A stretch of 64,000 nucleotides of DNA. Origin: Eledone cirrhosa (Eukaryota). Shown here one piece after another: positions 1-15,470 of this stretch. Below the pieces are notes generated by a model, which searched no databases, had not been told where the DNA came from, and worked only from the letters and a program-made list of their open reading frames with translations. The position numbers and the translations under genes are program-made. Each line of letters starts with the position of its first letter. The first letter of the stretch is position 1. Location: NCBI GenBank assembly GCA_964016885.1, contig OZ024741.1, positions 287,494,001 through 287,558,000 on the forward strand, read 5' to 3'.

Positions 1-552
1 AGAACCCCTACCGATGCGCTGAACGAGTGTGACTTTTTAGTCCAGCCAGCGACTTGAAAACTCTGGTACAAACACTACACTTGTGACAATTATTGACACA
101 TAGTGCTTTACCTTTGGTACCATGTGACGACAAGTGCAGAGAGATCTCCAGATACAAAGCAATGCCTGTGCCATGAAGCTTTTATAGTGAGCAAAGGCAC
201 TGCACAAAGCCAGTCCCACTCTCTTAACCAAGATGATATTTACCAAAAAGAAGAACAAGTCAACATCATTGGATACCATCAGGGTTGCAGGTGTTATATC
301 AGAGTTTTCCTTCTCCTAGAATTCTGCCTTGACAAAGGCTAAGGGGTCATCTCTCCCAGTGATTTTGGATGGCCATTGACTCTTAAGAGCTCCTTTGCCC
401 TTTGACAGGTTTTGTTTTTAGTCCTGCAGGATGTCCAAAGTCACCCTCCTCACTAAGAAACCTTGGTGGGGTTGCCAGTTTAGTCGCCAACGACCCGACC
501 ATGAGACAGGTTGTACTGGGATACATGTTACCAGTAGCACCAAGTGGTGACC
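1..552 (-). mobile_element. Bipartite non-autonomous RTE-derived element, copy 1 (3' end lies outside the window)
   Basis: Near-identical to 3903-4506 and the other copies; abuts (ATAC)n. Confidence 0.8.
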
Positions 553-630
553 TGACATACATACATACATACATACATACATACATACATACATACATAC
601 ATACATACATACATACATACATACATACAT

Positions 631-798
631 GATGGCTGCCCCCTTGTTATCGAGTATGGCCATTGCACGAGAAAAAAACCCATAATAATAACAATAATAA
701 TATTAAAAACAACAATAATAATAACGAGAACAACAATAATAATATACATATATATATATACACACACGCGCACACACATAAAGATATCTACACACACA

Positions 799-887
<89 letters not shown>

Positions 888-1431
888 ACACACGATAGCA
901 ATTAACAGCGCTGCGATCGAATGTGGCTTTTTAGCCCAGCCAATAATCTAAATGTCTTGCACAGAGTTGGCAACCAAAACATTCACTGGGAATAGTCGGC
1001 TGTGGTTGGAGTTAATGTACTTTTGCATGTCGCTTGAGTCCTCCTGCTGATTTACATTCTCTACCACATGCTTGGCAACCATGATGAGTAGCATCTCCAA
1101 CAACAGCCTGGTAGTCAACCACTGGTCTTACTTTATGACTGCGAAGATGACTTTCGAGACCAGCTTTGCTTAGGCAGAGTCTCGTACAGACGCTGCATGT
1201 CAGCACCATAGGAGGACCCTCGCCGTCTGGAAGTGCAACAGCAATGCCCTTCCTCCATCCGCTTTACTTTCTCGTATGCGATTCGAGATGCCTCAAAGGC
1301 AACTTTTACCTCATATACAGTCTTTCTCCATTTATTACGATCAGCAGCAATATTTTCCCATGTATCAGCAGAGATGTTAGCGCCTTTCAAAGAGGCTTTC
1401 AAGGAATCCTTATACCTCTTTTGGGTTTATG
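631..1431 (-). mobile_element. RTE-clade LINE 3' fragment with three C-terminal C2H2-like fingers, 3' hairpin and (ATGT)n tail; interrupted by a microsatellite block at ~670-893
   Basis: Minus-strand peptides [25 protein letters not shown] (RTE C-terminus), CSVCTRLCLSKAGLESHLRSH, CQACGRECKSAGGLKRHAKVH and frameshifted CQLC..KTFRLLAGLKSHIRS. 3' end GGCCATACTCGATAACAAGGGGGCAGCCATC(ATGT)n. Confidence 0.75.
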
Positions 1432-1520
1432 CATACATACATACATACATACATACATACATACATACATACATACATACATACATACATACATACATAC
1501 ATACATACATACATACATAC

Positions 1521-3816
1521 CTGATGTATAAGATGTATACAGCGTGCCTCAACCTATTCCTCCAAGATCACTGTGAAAATAATAACATCATCACAGATGA
1601 ACAAGCAGCTGGAAAGAAAAGGGTTTGGGGATGTGCTGAACAACTCCTAATCAACAAAACTGCGATGTCGGAGGTGCGACAACTTAGGAGGAATATGACT
1701 ACAGTCTGGCTGGAGTACAAGAAAGCTTTCGATTCTGTTCCCCACTCTTGGATGATAAAGGCCCTCCAACTTGCTAAAGTCCCAGACATTATTGTCAGAG
1801 CCATAGAGAGTCTGTCTTCTTCTTGGGCTACTATCCTAAGGTAAAAGACAGAGAGGGAGGACTCTATTTTCACTGATAAAATAAAATATTGCAGGGGTAT
1901 ATTTCAGGGGGACAGTCTCTCTGTGATATTATTCATCTTGTCATTAAACCCCTTGTCCTTTCTGCTCAAGAAATGTGAGGGATACACCATTGGCTCACAG
2001 GAGGACAGAAATACGAACCTAACCCATAATTTCTTTGTGTACGATCTGAAACTCTATGCCAAGAACATGGATGGGATGAAGAAAAATCTTGATCTGGTTA
2101 CAACGTTCCAGGAATGGAGTTTGGCCAAGATAAATGCTCATACATGACTGTAAAGCGGGGATAAACAACAACCCAATCTAGCAACATTGTCATCAATAGT
2201 CTAACTGTTTCACCGATATCTGATGAGGACTGCTACAGATACCTGGGGATAGATGAGAACATATCCTATAATGGTATCTGTAATAAAGAACGCATAACCA
2301 GGGAATACTACACCCGATTACTAAAGATATGGTCATCGGAACTCTCTGCGGAAAACAAAACAGTGGCTCACAATGTGTTTGCTGTGCCTGTCCTAACACC
2401 AACGTTTGGAATACTCAATTGGACGATAGACGAAATCCGAGCAGTTGATGTTGGAACTCAAAAAATACTGAACAACACCGGAAACTTCCACATCAACAGT
2501 GACATAGACCGCCTTTACTTGAAACGTAAGCAGGGAGGCAGAGGCCTAACATCAGTCCAGACATTTGAATGTCGCATCATATCTCTCCGACAACATCTAC
2601 GAACCTCGAAGCGTAGGAGCCCGCTTCTCGAGCAAGTATATCTGCATGAAACAGATAAGATCATGAGAGTTGGGAAGGAACTCCTTGAGAGATATTCCCT
2701 GTGTGATAATCAAAAACTCACACCCAGGGATGTCGCTCAGCAGTATCGCAGTGAATCCATGGATGAAAAACTGCATGCCTATCAGCAAAAAACCATGCAT
2801 GGATATGTTGCCAGGAAGCTCCAGAGTGAGAGTAATATAGATAAGGAAAGTAGTCTATCTTGGACCAACAACCGCTATATTGGCTCCCACTTTGAAGGAT
2901 ACGCTTTTGCAATCCAAGAACAGGAGATTAGCACGAAATACCTGATTCACAAAAGAGATAGGGATGCAGGCAAAACACCTAGATGTGATAACAAGTGCAG
3001 ACTCTGCAGAACTAACATCGAGGATATCACCCATGTCATCAGCAGCTGCCCAAAGATGTCATCGCGGTACTATCTACCTATGAGGCATGATGTAGTGGCC
3101 AAAACACTGTACAATGCAGTTCGTAAAAAAGATATCCCCGATAATAAACACATTAAAAGCTACAACAATGTGGAAGACATCCATGTACATAATATGAAAG
3201 AGTACTGGTGGAATGTTCCAGTAAAAACCCCAATAAAATGCAGGCATAACAGACCAGATATTATGATATGGGACAGGGAGAAGAGAACATGCACAGTAGT
3301 GGAAATTAGCTGCCCAGCAGATGCCAATATAATATCAAAGATTAGTGAAAAGGAGAATATTTATGCAGAACTGATGAGAAATCTGCAGATACTCCACTCT
3401 GATTACACCTTCTGATATATGCCTGTGATTATTGGGGCACTGGGATATGTTAGTAACTGCCTCAAAACAAATCTTGAGAAGCTAGGCTTCACAGGAACAG
3501 GAAGAACACAACTAGTTAGGAAATTACAAGTACAATCCATTAATGGAACAGTAAAATATGTAAAACATTCCAAAAATGTTGCATCTAATAACTGCATAAT
3601 ACATACAAAGCATATACACATGCACACATACCACTCAAAACATACACATCCACACATACAATAACATCCATATCTACACATTTATGCATGCAGACATACA
3701 TACATATCTACCTAGTTGATGTTGTGTAAATTCCAATGAGAGAGTCTTGTGTCTATGTTAGAAACCGACTCTCTCTCTATTGGTAAAACTTTGTGAAATT
3801 ATAAAACCAGAAGAAC
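1521..3816 (+). mobile_element. 5'-truncated, disrupted R4/Dong-type RLE non-LTR retrotransposon (family A), flanked by (ATAC)n
   Basis: RT motifs YKKAFDSVPH, GIFQGDSLS and FFVYDLKLY (mutated xDD); CRLC..HVISSC; RHD; HNRPDIMIWD..VEISCP..PVIIGALG (RLE). Stop at 1842-1844 and several frameshifts. Confidence 0.9.
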
Positions 3817-3902
3817 ATACATACATACATACATACATACATACATACATACATACATACATACATACATACATACATACATACATACATACATACATAC
3901 AT

Positions 3903-4506
3903 GGTGGCTGCCAACTCGTTTTCGAGTACGGCCACTACTTTATATCCATGTAGGAGAACCCCTACTGATGCGCTGAACAAGTGTGACTTTTTAGTCCAGC
4001 CAGCGACTTGAAAACTCTGGTACAAACACTACACTTGTGACAATTATTGACACATAGTGCTGGGCCCATGGTACCTTGTGATGACAAGTGCAGAGAGATC
4101 TCCAGATATAAAGCAATGCCTGTGCTGTGAAGCTTTTATAGTCAGCAAAGGCACTGCACAAAGCCAGTCCCATTCTCTTAACCAAGATGTTATTTACCAA
4201 AAATAAGAACAAGTCAACATCATTGGATACCATCAGGGTTGCAGGTGCTATATCAGAGTTTTCCTTCTCCTAGAATTCTGCCGTGACAAAGGCTAAGGGG
4301 TCATCTCTCCCGGTGATTTTGGATGGCCATTGACTCTTAAGAGCTCCTTTGCCCTTTGACAGGTTTTGTTTTTAGTCCTGCAGAATGTCCAAAGTCACCC
4401 TCCTCACCAAGAAACCTTGGTGGGGTTGCCAGTTTAGTCGCCAACGACCCGACCATGAGGCAGTTTGTACTGGGATACATATTACCAGTAGCACCAACTG
4501 GTGACC
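3903..4506 (-). mobile_element. Bipartite non-autonomous RTE-derived element, copy 2 (604 bp)
   Basis: Minus strand: RTE-like 5'UTR motif GGAGAAGGAAAACTCTGA, a terminal C2H2 remnant ([18 protein letters not shown]), 3' hairpin ACTCG-AAAA-CGAGT and (ATGT)n tail. Confidence 0.8.
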
Positions 4507-4562
4507 ATACATATATACACATATATATATATATACATACATACACACATATACATATATAC

Positions 4563-4593
<31 letters not shown>

Positions 4594-4816
4594 CATATAT
4601 ATACATATACATATATATACATATATATATATATACATATATATGCATATATACACATATACACATATATATATATACATATATATATATATACGTATAT
4701 ATACATATACGTATATATATACATATAAATATATACATATATACACATATACACATATATATACATATATATACATATATATATACATATATATATATAC
4801 ATATACACATATATAC

Positions 4817-4897
<81 letters not shown>

Positions 4898-4916
4898 CAT
4901 ACATATACATATATAC

Positions 4917-4981
<65 letters not shown>

Positions 4982-4988
4982 TATATAC

Positions 4989-5025
<37 letters not shown>

Positions 5026-5228
5026 CATACATATACATACATATATATACATATATATATATACATATATATATATATACATATATATATACATATATAT
5101 ACATATATATATATACATATATATATATACACATATATACATACATATATATATACATATATATATACACACATATAAATATATACATATATATATATAT
5201 ATACATATATATACATACATATATATAC

Positions 5229-5261
<33 letters not shown>

Positions 5262-5300
5262 CACATATATATACATATATATACATATATACACATATAC

Positions 5301-5331
<31 letters not shown>

Positions 5332-5820
5332 CATATATATACATATATATATATACATATATATTCATATATATACATATACATACATATATATACATAT
5401 ATATATATACATATATATATATACATATATATACATATATATATACATATATATATATATACATACATATACATACATATATATATATATATACACACAT
5501 ATATACATATATATACATATACATACATATATATACATATATATACATATGTATACATATATATAAATATATATACACATATATATACATATATATATAT
5601 ATATACATATATATACATATATATATACATACATATATATACATATATATACACACATATATACATATATATATACATACATATACATATATATACATAT
5701 ATATATACACATATATATACATATATATACATATATATATACATATATATACATATATATATACATATATATATACATATATATACATATATATATACAT
5801 ATATATACATATATATATAT
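4507..5820. repeat. Compound (AT)n/(ATAC)n microsatellite, ~1.3 kb
   Basis: Seen directly. Confidence 0.98.
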
Positions 5821-5972
5821 TGTTATACTTTGGGAGGGTCATGTTGCCAATAAGAAACACACGCACCAGTTGCTTTCACTTCAATTTATTATATATTTAT
5901 AAATTTATAAATTTACAAATCTACAAACTTATAAATTCAGAAACGACATATATATATATATATATACATATG

Positions 5973-6004
<32 letters not shown>

Positions 6005-6076
6005 CATTATGAAGAGAGAAGAAACATTTAGATATAATTAGTAATAAAATGTATCATACCTAAACTGCTCCTAAAT

Positions 6077-6164
6077 TCCTCGACTACGTAGTTTCGTGGC
6101 ATAAACAAAAACAATATATCAAAGATATAGAGTCCTTGCGAGGTCTGCCAACTTATCAAGAGGA
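6077..6164 (-). ncRNA. Type I hammerhead ribozyme, U3-A8 core variant, long stem II (family H1)
   Basis: Minus: UCCUC-UUGAUAA-GUUGGCA...UGCCAC-GAAA-CUACGUAG-UC/GAGGA. Stem I UCCUC/GAGGA, palindromic stem III, GUC site. Confidence 0.8.
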
Positions 6165-6667
6165 TACCTCATTTTACTAGTCTCAAGAACGCGTCTACAC
6201 GACGTGAGAAAGAATCCCAAAAGGCGGAGGGGGAGATAGTCACGCGATATAACGGTCGAGAAACAGAGCTAAGCCTCTTATAACCACGAAGAAAATACCA
6301 CGGAGGCGGAGGGGGTATTCATATCGAGGCCGTAGAAGAGGTAGTGAAGAAGGCGAGAACTATGAGTAATGGAAGCTTTCCAGTTGTCCCCACACTTCAA
6401 AGATTGCTCGACCAGAGGGAGTTATTAATATATTTAGAAACACACAGATACATGCGGACACACACATATATACATGAATGCATCCGCACCCAACTGTGAG
6501 TTAAGGGTGCCTACTTCACCGATGTTGCTCAATGAATGACTGGGACAGACCAATTCAGTTTGAACCAGACTGAACCAGTATCAGAGTTAAAAATACATTA
6601 TGAAGAGAGAAGAAACATTTAGATATAATTAGTAATAAAATGTATCATACCTAAACTGCTCCTAAAT

Positions 6668-6755
6668 TCCTCGACTACGTAGTTTCGTGGCATAAACAAA
6701 AACAATATATCAAAGATATAGAGTCCTTGCGAGGTCTGCCAACTTATCAAGAGGA
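6668..6755 (-). ncRNA. Type I hammerhead ribozyme (family H1, second copy)
   Basis: Identical to 6077-6164 at a 591-bp offset. Confidence 0.8.
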
Positions 6756-6986
6756 TACCTCATTTTACTAGTCTCAACAACGCGTCTACACGACGTGAGA
6801 AAGAATCCCAAAAGGCGGAGGGGGAGATAGTCACGCGATATAACGGTCGAGAAACAGAGCTAAGCCTCTTATAACCACGAAGAAAATACCACGGAGGCGG
6901 AATGCATCCGCACCCTTAACTCACAGTTGGGTGCGGATGCATTCATGTATATATGTGTGTGTCCGCATGTATCTGTGTGTTTCTAA

Positions 6987-8982
<1,996 letters not shown>

Positions 8983-9586
8983 GGTGGCTGCCAACTCGTT
9001 TTCGAGTACGGCCACTACTTTATATCCATGTAGGAGAACCCCTACCGATGCCCTGAACAAGTGTGACTTTTTAGTCCAGCCAGTGACTTGAAAACTCTGG
9101 TACAAACACTACACCTGTGACAATTATTGACACATAGTGCTGGGCCCATGGTACCATGTGACGACAAGTGCAGAGAGATCTCCAGATATAAAGCAATGCC
9201 TGTGCCGTGAAGCTTTTATAGTGAGCAAAGGCATTGCACAAAGCCAGTCCCACTCTCTTAACCAAGATGATATTTACCAAAAAGAAGAACAAGTCAACAT
9301 CATTGGATACCATCAGGGTTGCAGGTGTTATATCAGAGTTTTCCTTCTCCTAGAATTCTGCCTTGACAAAGGCTAAGGGGTCATCTCTCCCGGTGATTTT
9401 GGATGGCCATTGACTCTTAAGAGCTCCTTTGCCCTTTGACAGGTTTTGTTTTTAGTCCTGCAGGATGTCCAAAGTCACCCTCCTCACCAAGAAACCTTGG
9501 TGGGGTTGCCAGTTTAGTCGCCAACGACCCGACCATGAGACAGGTTGTACTGGGATACATGTTACCAGTAGCACCAACTGGTGACC
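8983..9586 (-). mobile_element. Bipartite RTE-derived element, copy 3
   Basis: Near-identical to copy 2; (ATAC)n on both sides. Confidence 0.8.
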
Positions 9587-9618
9587 TGATACATACATAC
9601 ATACATACATACATACAT

Positions 9619-10222
9619 GGTGGCTGCCAACTCGTTTTCGAGTACGGCCACTACTTTATATCCATGTAGGAGGACCCCTACCGATGCGCTGAACGAGTGT
9701 GACTTTTCAGTCCGGCCAGCGACTTGAAAACTTTGGTACAAACACTACACATGTGACAATTATTGACACATAGTGCTGGGCCCATGGTACCATGTGACGA
9801 CAAGTGCAGAGAGATCTCCAGATATAAAGCAATGCCTGTGCCGTGAAGTTTTTATAGTGAGCAAAGGCACTGCACAAAGCCAGTCCCACTCTCTTAACCA
9901 AGATGATATTTACCAAAAAGAAGAACAAGTCAACATCATTGGATATCATCCGGGTTGCAGGTGTTATATCAGAGTTTTCCTTCTCCTAGAATTCTGCCTT
10001 GAAAAAGGCTAAGGGGTCATCTCTCCCGGTGATTTTGGATGGCCATTGACTCTTAAGAGCTCCTTTGCCCTTTGACAGGTTTTGTTTTTAGTCCTGCAGG
10101 ATGTCCAAAGTCACCCTCCTCACCAAGAAACCTTGGTGGGGTTGCCAGTTTAGTCGCCAACGACCCGACCATGGGACAGGTTGTACTGGGATACATGTTA
10201 CCAGTAGCACCAACTGGTGACC
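9619..10222 (-). mobile_element. Bipartite RTE-derived element, copy 4 (tandem to copy 3)
   Basis: Near-identical to copy 2; separated from copy 3 only by (ATAC)n. Confidence 0.8.
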
Positions 10223-10287
10223 TACATACATACATACATACATACATACATACATACATACATACATACATACATACATACATACAT

Positions 10288-11305
10288 AAAAAATCATGCA
10301 TGGATATGTTGCCAGGAAGCTCCAGAGTGAGAGTAATATAGATAAGCAAAGTAGTCTATCTTGGACCAACAATCGCTATATTGGCTCCCACTTTGAAGGA
10401 TATGATTTTGCAATCCAAGAACAGCAAATCAACATAAAATACCTGATTCACAAAAGAGATAGGGATGCAGGCAAAACACCTAGATGTGATAACAAGTGCA
10501 GACTCTGCAGAATTAACATCGAAGATGTCACCTATGCCATAAGCAATTATCCAAAGATGTCAGTGCGGTACTATCTACCTATGAGGTATGATGTAGTGGC
10601 CAAAACAATGTACAATGCAATCCGTAGAAAAGATAGCCCGACAATAAACACATTAAAAGTTACAGTAATGTGGAAGACATCCATGTACATAATATGAAAG
10701 AGTACTGGTGGAATGTTCCAGTAAAAACCCCAATAAAATGCAAACATAACAGACCAGATATAATGATATGGGACAGGGAAAACAAGGCATGCACAGTAGG
10801 GGAAGTTAGCTGCCCAGCAGATGCCGATATAATATTAAAGATCAGCGAAAAGGAGAATATTTATGCAGAACTAATGAGAAATCTGCGATACTCAAACCTA
10901 ACTATAACTTCAGATTTACACCTGTGATTATTGGGGCACTGGGATATGTTAGTAACTGCCTCAATACAAATATTGAGAAGCTGGGCTTCACAGAACTAGA
11001 AAGAACACGACTAGTTAGGAAATTGCAAGTACAATCCATTAATGGAACAATAAAAAATATGTAAAACATTCCAAAAATGCTGCATCGAATAACTGCATAT
11101 ACACTTGTACAGATACAAAGCATATACACATGCACGCATATAACTCAAAGTATATACATTCACACATACATTAACATGCACACGTATGCATGCAGGCATG
11201 CATACATATCTACCTAGTTGATGTTGTGTAAATTCCAATGAGAGAATCTTGCATCTCTGTTAGAAACTCTCTCTCTCTATTAGTAAAAAATTATAAAACC
11301 AGAAC
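10288..11305 (+). mobile_element. R4/Dong-type family A, 3' fragment in (ATAC)n
   Basis: Homologous to 2789-3816 (MHGYVARKLQSE, HNRPDIMIWD); same 3' terminus ATTATAAAACCAGAAC-ATAC. Confidence 0.9.
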
Positions 11306-11529
11306 ATACATACATACACAATTATCCTTTAGTTAACAGTTTCCCTAAGACGCTGCGAAACACTGATAATGTGATAGAATTCTGTTATGGTTGAAGGCTA
11401 GAAATTGCAAAACGGAGTTAGAGGTAGCAAAGTCGGCGCTAAAATATTTAACGTAATGAGCCATGAAATTTTAAGTTATGAGAAAATAATTTATTACTTT
11501 TATAATTAATCTAAGTCAAGCACAAGAGG

Positions 11530-11745
11530 AGAGGCTTGGCGGAATTGGTAGAACGTCGAATAAAATGCTATTGTAGTTTTTGTTTTGGCTCTTTACATTC
11601 TAAGTTCAAATCTAATCGCAATCACCTTTACCTTTCAACATTCTAATGTCAATAAAATAAAGTACAAGAAAGTACTGAGGTTTATTTCATCAATTTACCC
11701 CTTCCTGCAAATGTTCTCGGATTTTCTGGGCTTTTGAAATAATGT
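11530..11745 (+). mobile_element. Diverged tRNA-headed SINE (MetaSINE-like)
   Basis: TGGCGGAATTGGTAG A-box-like motif, GTTCAAATC B-box and degenerate CTTTACCTTTCA..ATAAAATAAAGTAC body. Confidence 0.55.
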
Positions 11746-12562
11746 CGTTGTACAACCTACCTTTCTAAGCCAATCCCCCCCCTTCACCCCTACCTTCTCT
11801 TCTGCGACACTAGAGTTCTTGCCATCCCTTCCACTTCCCGTTTTTTTTTCTTTTTCTCTTTTTTCTCTATGTTTTCCTATTTTTTCTTTTGTTTCCTTTT
11901 CTATCAAACTGTATTCACAAAATATATTCCATAATTAAAAATAATTTTACATAAAAGAAAAAAATAAAGTACCACACAAGAACTTAATCAACTTAGCCCT
12001 TCCTCCAAATGTTCGGGGATTTTCTGTGATGATAAAACAATGTGGTTGTACAACGTACCTTTCTGGGCCAGGATTAGTCATTGAAATAATGATTTCTAGA
12101 TGAGGCAGAAGACCAGTAATTTGCGGGGAGAGGAGAGTGGATCTCATCTACCACACTACTGACTGGAACTGTGTTATTCATATAAAATAATGATTTATCT
12201 ATCTTATCAATACTAGAATAATATTATTTAGATAAAATGTCTCAACTTACTACATGACGTACGTTACAGCTAACTTAATTATTTTTGTTTCTCACACAGT
12301 AGAATTTTATGCCAGCCATGCTATGGAGTCGAAAATATTGAGAAATATTATAAATAATACAGTAAGAGACAAATATGATTTTATCGTTTCTAAACCTTGT
12401 TAACAGCGAGACTCTAATTCATCAATTCTATACCAGGCATGTCTTGTACGATTTAATAAACTACAGATGTCCCTCCCCCATATATATATACATATATATA
12501 TACATATATATATATGTATATATATACATATGTGTGTGTGTATATATATATATATATATGTG

Positions 12563-12594
<32 letters not shown>

Positions 12595-12666
12595 TGTATG
12601 TATGTATGTATATACTCACATACATACGAAGATTTGAGTATATACATATATCTACACACACATATG

Positions 12667-12702
<36 letters not shown>

Positions 12703-12761
12703 CTATGTATGTATATATATATACATATATATATAAATATATATGTATGTGTGTGTGTGTT

Positions 12762-12845
<84 letters not shown>

Positions 12846-13036
12846 CGCTTTCTCTTTTCTCTCGGATAGAAATATAAATAATAATTGTTTCTACTTTAGG
12901 CACTTCAGCATATCAGCATTGAATATTAATCACTTCTTCGATGTCTAAAAACTTTTCGTAATTTTTGCTCTCAATTTCGTTTCTCATATAAGATGTTCCT
13001 ATGTTCTCGAATGTAAATGGCGTGTGTATTTAGAAA

Positions 13037-13105
<69 letters not shown>

Positions 13106-13136
13106 AGTGTAATTTACTACACAAAACGAAGGTTAT

Positions 13137-13357
13137 AGAGAAAATTGAGGTTGGTAATGGCACATGGAATATATATGAGACAGAATACTTTTTTGTGAAA
13201 AAACATATAATTTTATAAGGTAAGGAAATAATAAAGGGTATAAAAATTTTTTATACCCTTTATTATTTCCTTACCTTATAAAATTATATGTTTTTTCACA
13301 AAAAAGTATTCTGTCTCTTATATATTCCATGTGCCATTACCAACCTCAATTGTCTCT
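13137..13357. repeat. Near-perfect ~220-bp palindrome with essentially no spacer
   Basis: Arms read as reverse complements around GGGTATAAAAATTTTTTATACCC (centre ~13247). Confidence 0.9.
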
Positions 13358-13464
13358 CTCTCTCTATATATATATATAGTAATAATAATAAAATTGAAGA
13401 CTAAAATCCAAAGAGGGCTCGATAAGGAAAATATATATCAAATATATAAGAACCGTAGAGCAAA

Positions 13465-15129
13465 TATTTATTAAAATAACAAATTAAAGTTTAAGCAAAG
13501 AATCGCTGCTTTCACCCTTAACGGGATCTTCTGAAACTAACAAAGTCAATCTGTAAACGCAGAACTGGATATTTAAAAAAACATTGCACCCGGAGGAAGA
13601 CAGGAAGACGATACTTTGGTTCGTGGAAACGTTCGCTGGCAAAGAACGGGAGAAAACGAATAATACGTCATTAATAGGAGCGGTGGATAATATCCACATA
13701 TAGATCGTGCTATCCGTTAGGGTATAACGTGGGGCTGTAATACAGGAAAGTTTTGTGCAATTTATGTTTACAAGCCGAAATTGCCTCAGATTTTTTGTTT
13801 AAGATGTGGTCTGTGGCGTAGAGTATTTCCAGGGCCTCAGCGGCGCAGAGGTCACATGGTCTTTTATTTCCGTTATACGATCTAGCCCTAGCTAGGATCT
13901 CCCAGTTTAACTTATATTGGGTGTGGTTGTCTTTTAGACTCCAGATATAAGCTGAAAGTGATGTCATATTCCTTCTTAGAGGGTAACGAAAAGAATGGGT
14001 ATGCATGTAAAGACGCTGCTTGAAACTATTGGCGGTTAACCCTATGTAGGCCCTATGTAGGCAATTTAGGCTTGTAAACATAAATTGCACAAAACTTTCC
14101 TGTATTACAGCCCCACGGTATACCCTAACGGATAGCACGATCTATATGTGGATATTTTACGTCTTGATGTGGGAGCTAAGTATATTTTTTGTTTATTCCT
14201 TTACTTATTTGCATAGGTAAGTATATATTACCCGTATGTTTTGTGAAGGTATGTATACCTTCTCGTACGTATATTTGACTGTTATGGCGTATCATTTTTA
14301 CATATTCTGGTATTTAGGGTTTGGCTATGTGTATGCGGGAGTTTTGCGTCTGCGTGAGTATGCAGGTTCGTACGTATGGTGGGTGTGTGTATATGTGTAC
14401 TTCTTGTTTTAGTTGACTTACGTCTCCGAACATTCGTGTATTTATTTGTAGGTATGTGTGTGCGCTTGTTATAAACGTATTTATTTACTTATATACGTTT
14501 ATTAATTATTTATTTATTTGTACACAAGCATACACACACACACATATTTATATGTGCGTGGTTTTGTATACCTATGGTAAGGTTTTGCGTATGCTTGTGT
14601 ATGTACGTATCTGTTTGCGTGTATGTATTTATTTGTTTCTATTACTTCTGTATTGTATTTATTTACTTTGTTCTTAACTCTGTAGCGGAGATTCATTTGG
14701 TCTCCTAGTTAGAATTTTAGTCTACAACTTCTGCTATACCATTTACGTGGTTTTGTCTTTGCGTGCTATTGTTCTCCACGCTCTAAATATGACTTATTAT
14801 CTTCGTTTTTTCGTTCATTGCCAGGGAACGTCTCTATGCACCACCTAAGAGAACATTAGTCTACGACCTCTTTTATACCATAAACGTGGTTCTGTCTTTG
14901 CGCGTAATTGTTTTCCACCGCTCCTATTAATGACGTATTATTCGTTTTCTCCCGTTCTTTGCCAGCGAACGTTTCCACGAACCAAAGTATCGTCTTCCTG
15001 TCTTCCTCCGGGTGCAACGTTTTTTTAAATATCCAGTTCTGCGTTTACAGATTGACTTTGTTAGTTTCAGAAGATCCCGTTAAGGGTGAAAGCAGCGAAT
15101 CTTTGCTTAAACTTTAATCTGTTATTTTA

Positions 15130-15135
<6 letters not shown>
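13465..15135. mobile_element. Penelope-like element remnant: two partial copies in inverted orientation, in (TA)n
   Basis: Inverted repeats 13465-13688/14914-15135 and 13690-13776/14069-14156 flank a GIY-YIG fragment; a diverged ~138-bp tandem duplication lies at 14720-14976. Confidence 0.8.
13710..14052 (-). pseudogene. Penelope-type GIY-YIG endonuclease, C-terminal fragment
   Basis: YIGLTANSFKQRLYMH..LSAYIWSLK..WEILARA..CDLCAAE..LNKKSEAISACKH. Confidence 0.8.
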
Positions 15136-15177
<42 letters not shown>

Positions 15178-15341
15178 GTGTGTGTGTATATATACATATA
15201 TACACACACATATATATGTGTGCGTATATATATATATACATATATATATATATGCATATATATATATATACACACATACACATATTTATATGTATATATA
15301 TATTTGTGTATATATATATATATATATATATGTATTCATGA

Positions 15342-15470
<129 letters not shown>

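Larger units (their letters stand above)
6004..6993 (-). mobile_element. Non-coding Penelope-pLTR/retrozyme-like element: ~307-bp direct repeats (6004-6310, 6595-6901) and an inverted segment (6428-6510 vs 6909-6993), in (TA)n
   Basis: Direct and inverted repeats seen; each direct repeat contains a hammerhead motif; a ~50-bp flank is duplicated at ~5902-5950 and ~7117-7165. Confidence 0.7.

Noticed and set aside
3903-3936. GGTGGCT..GGCCACT resembling an HDV ribozyme P1
   Set aside because: It is a simple hairpin without P2/P3/P1.1, better read as the RTE 3' stem-loop on the minus strand.
3991-4233. Recurrent 80-aa ORF MVSNDVDL.. in every 604-bp copy
   Set aside because: Conservation is explained by young repeat copies; no recognisable domain, and it is not the frame of the RTE finger remnant.
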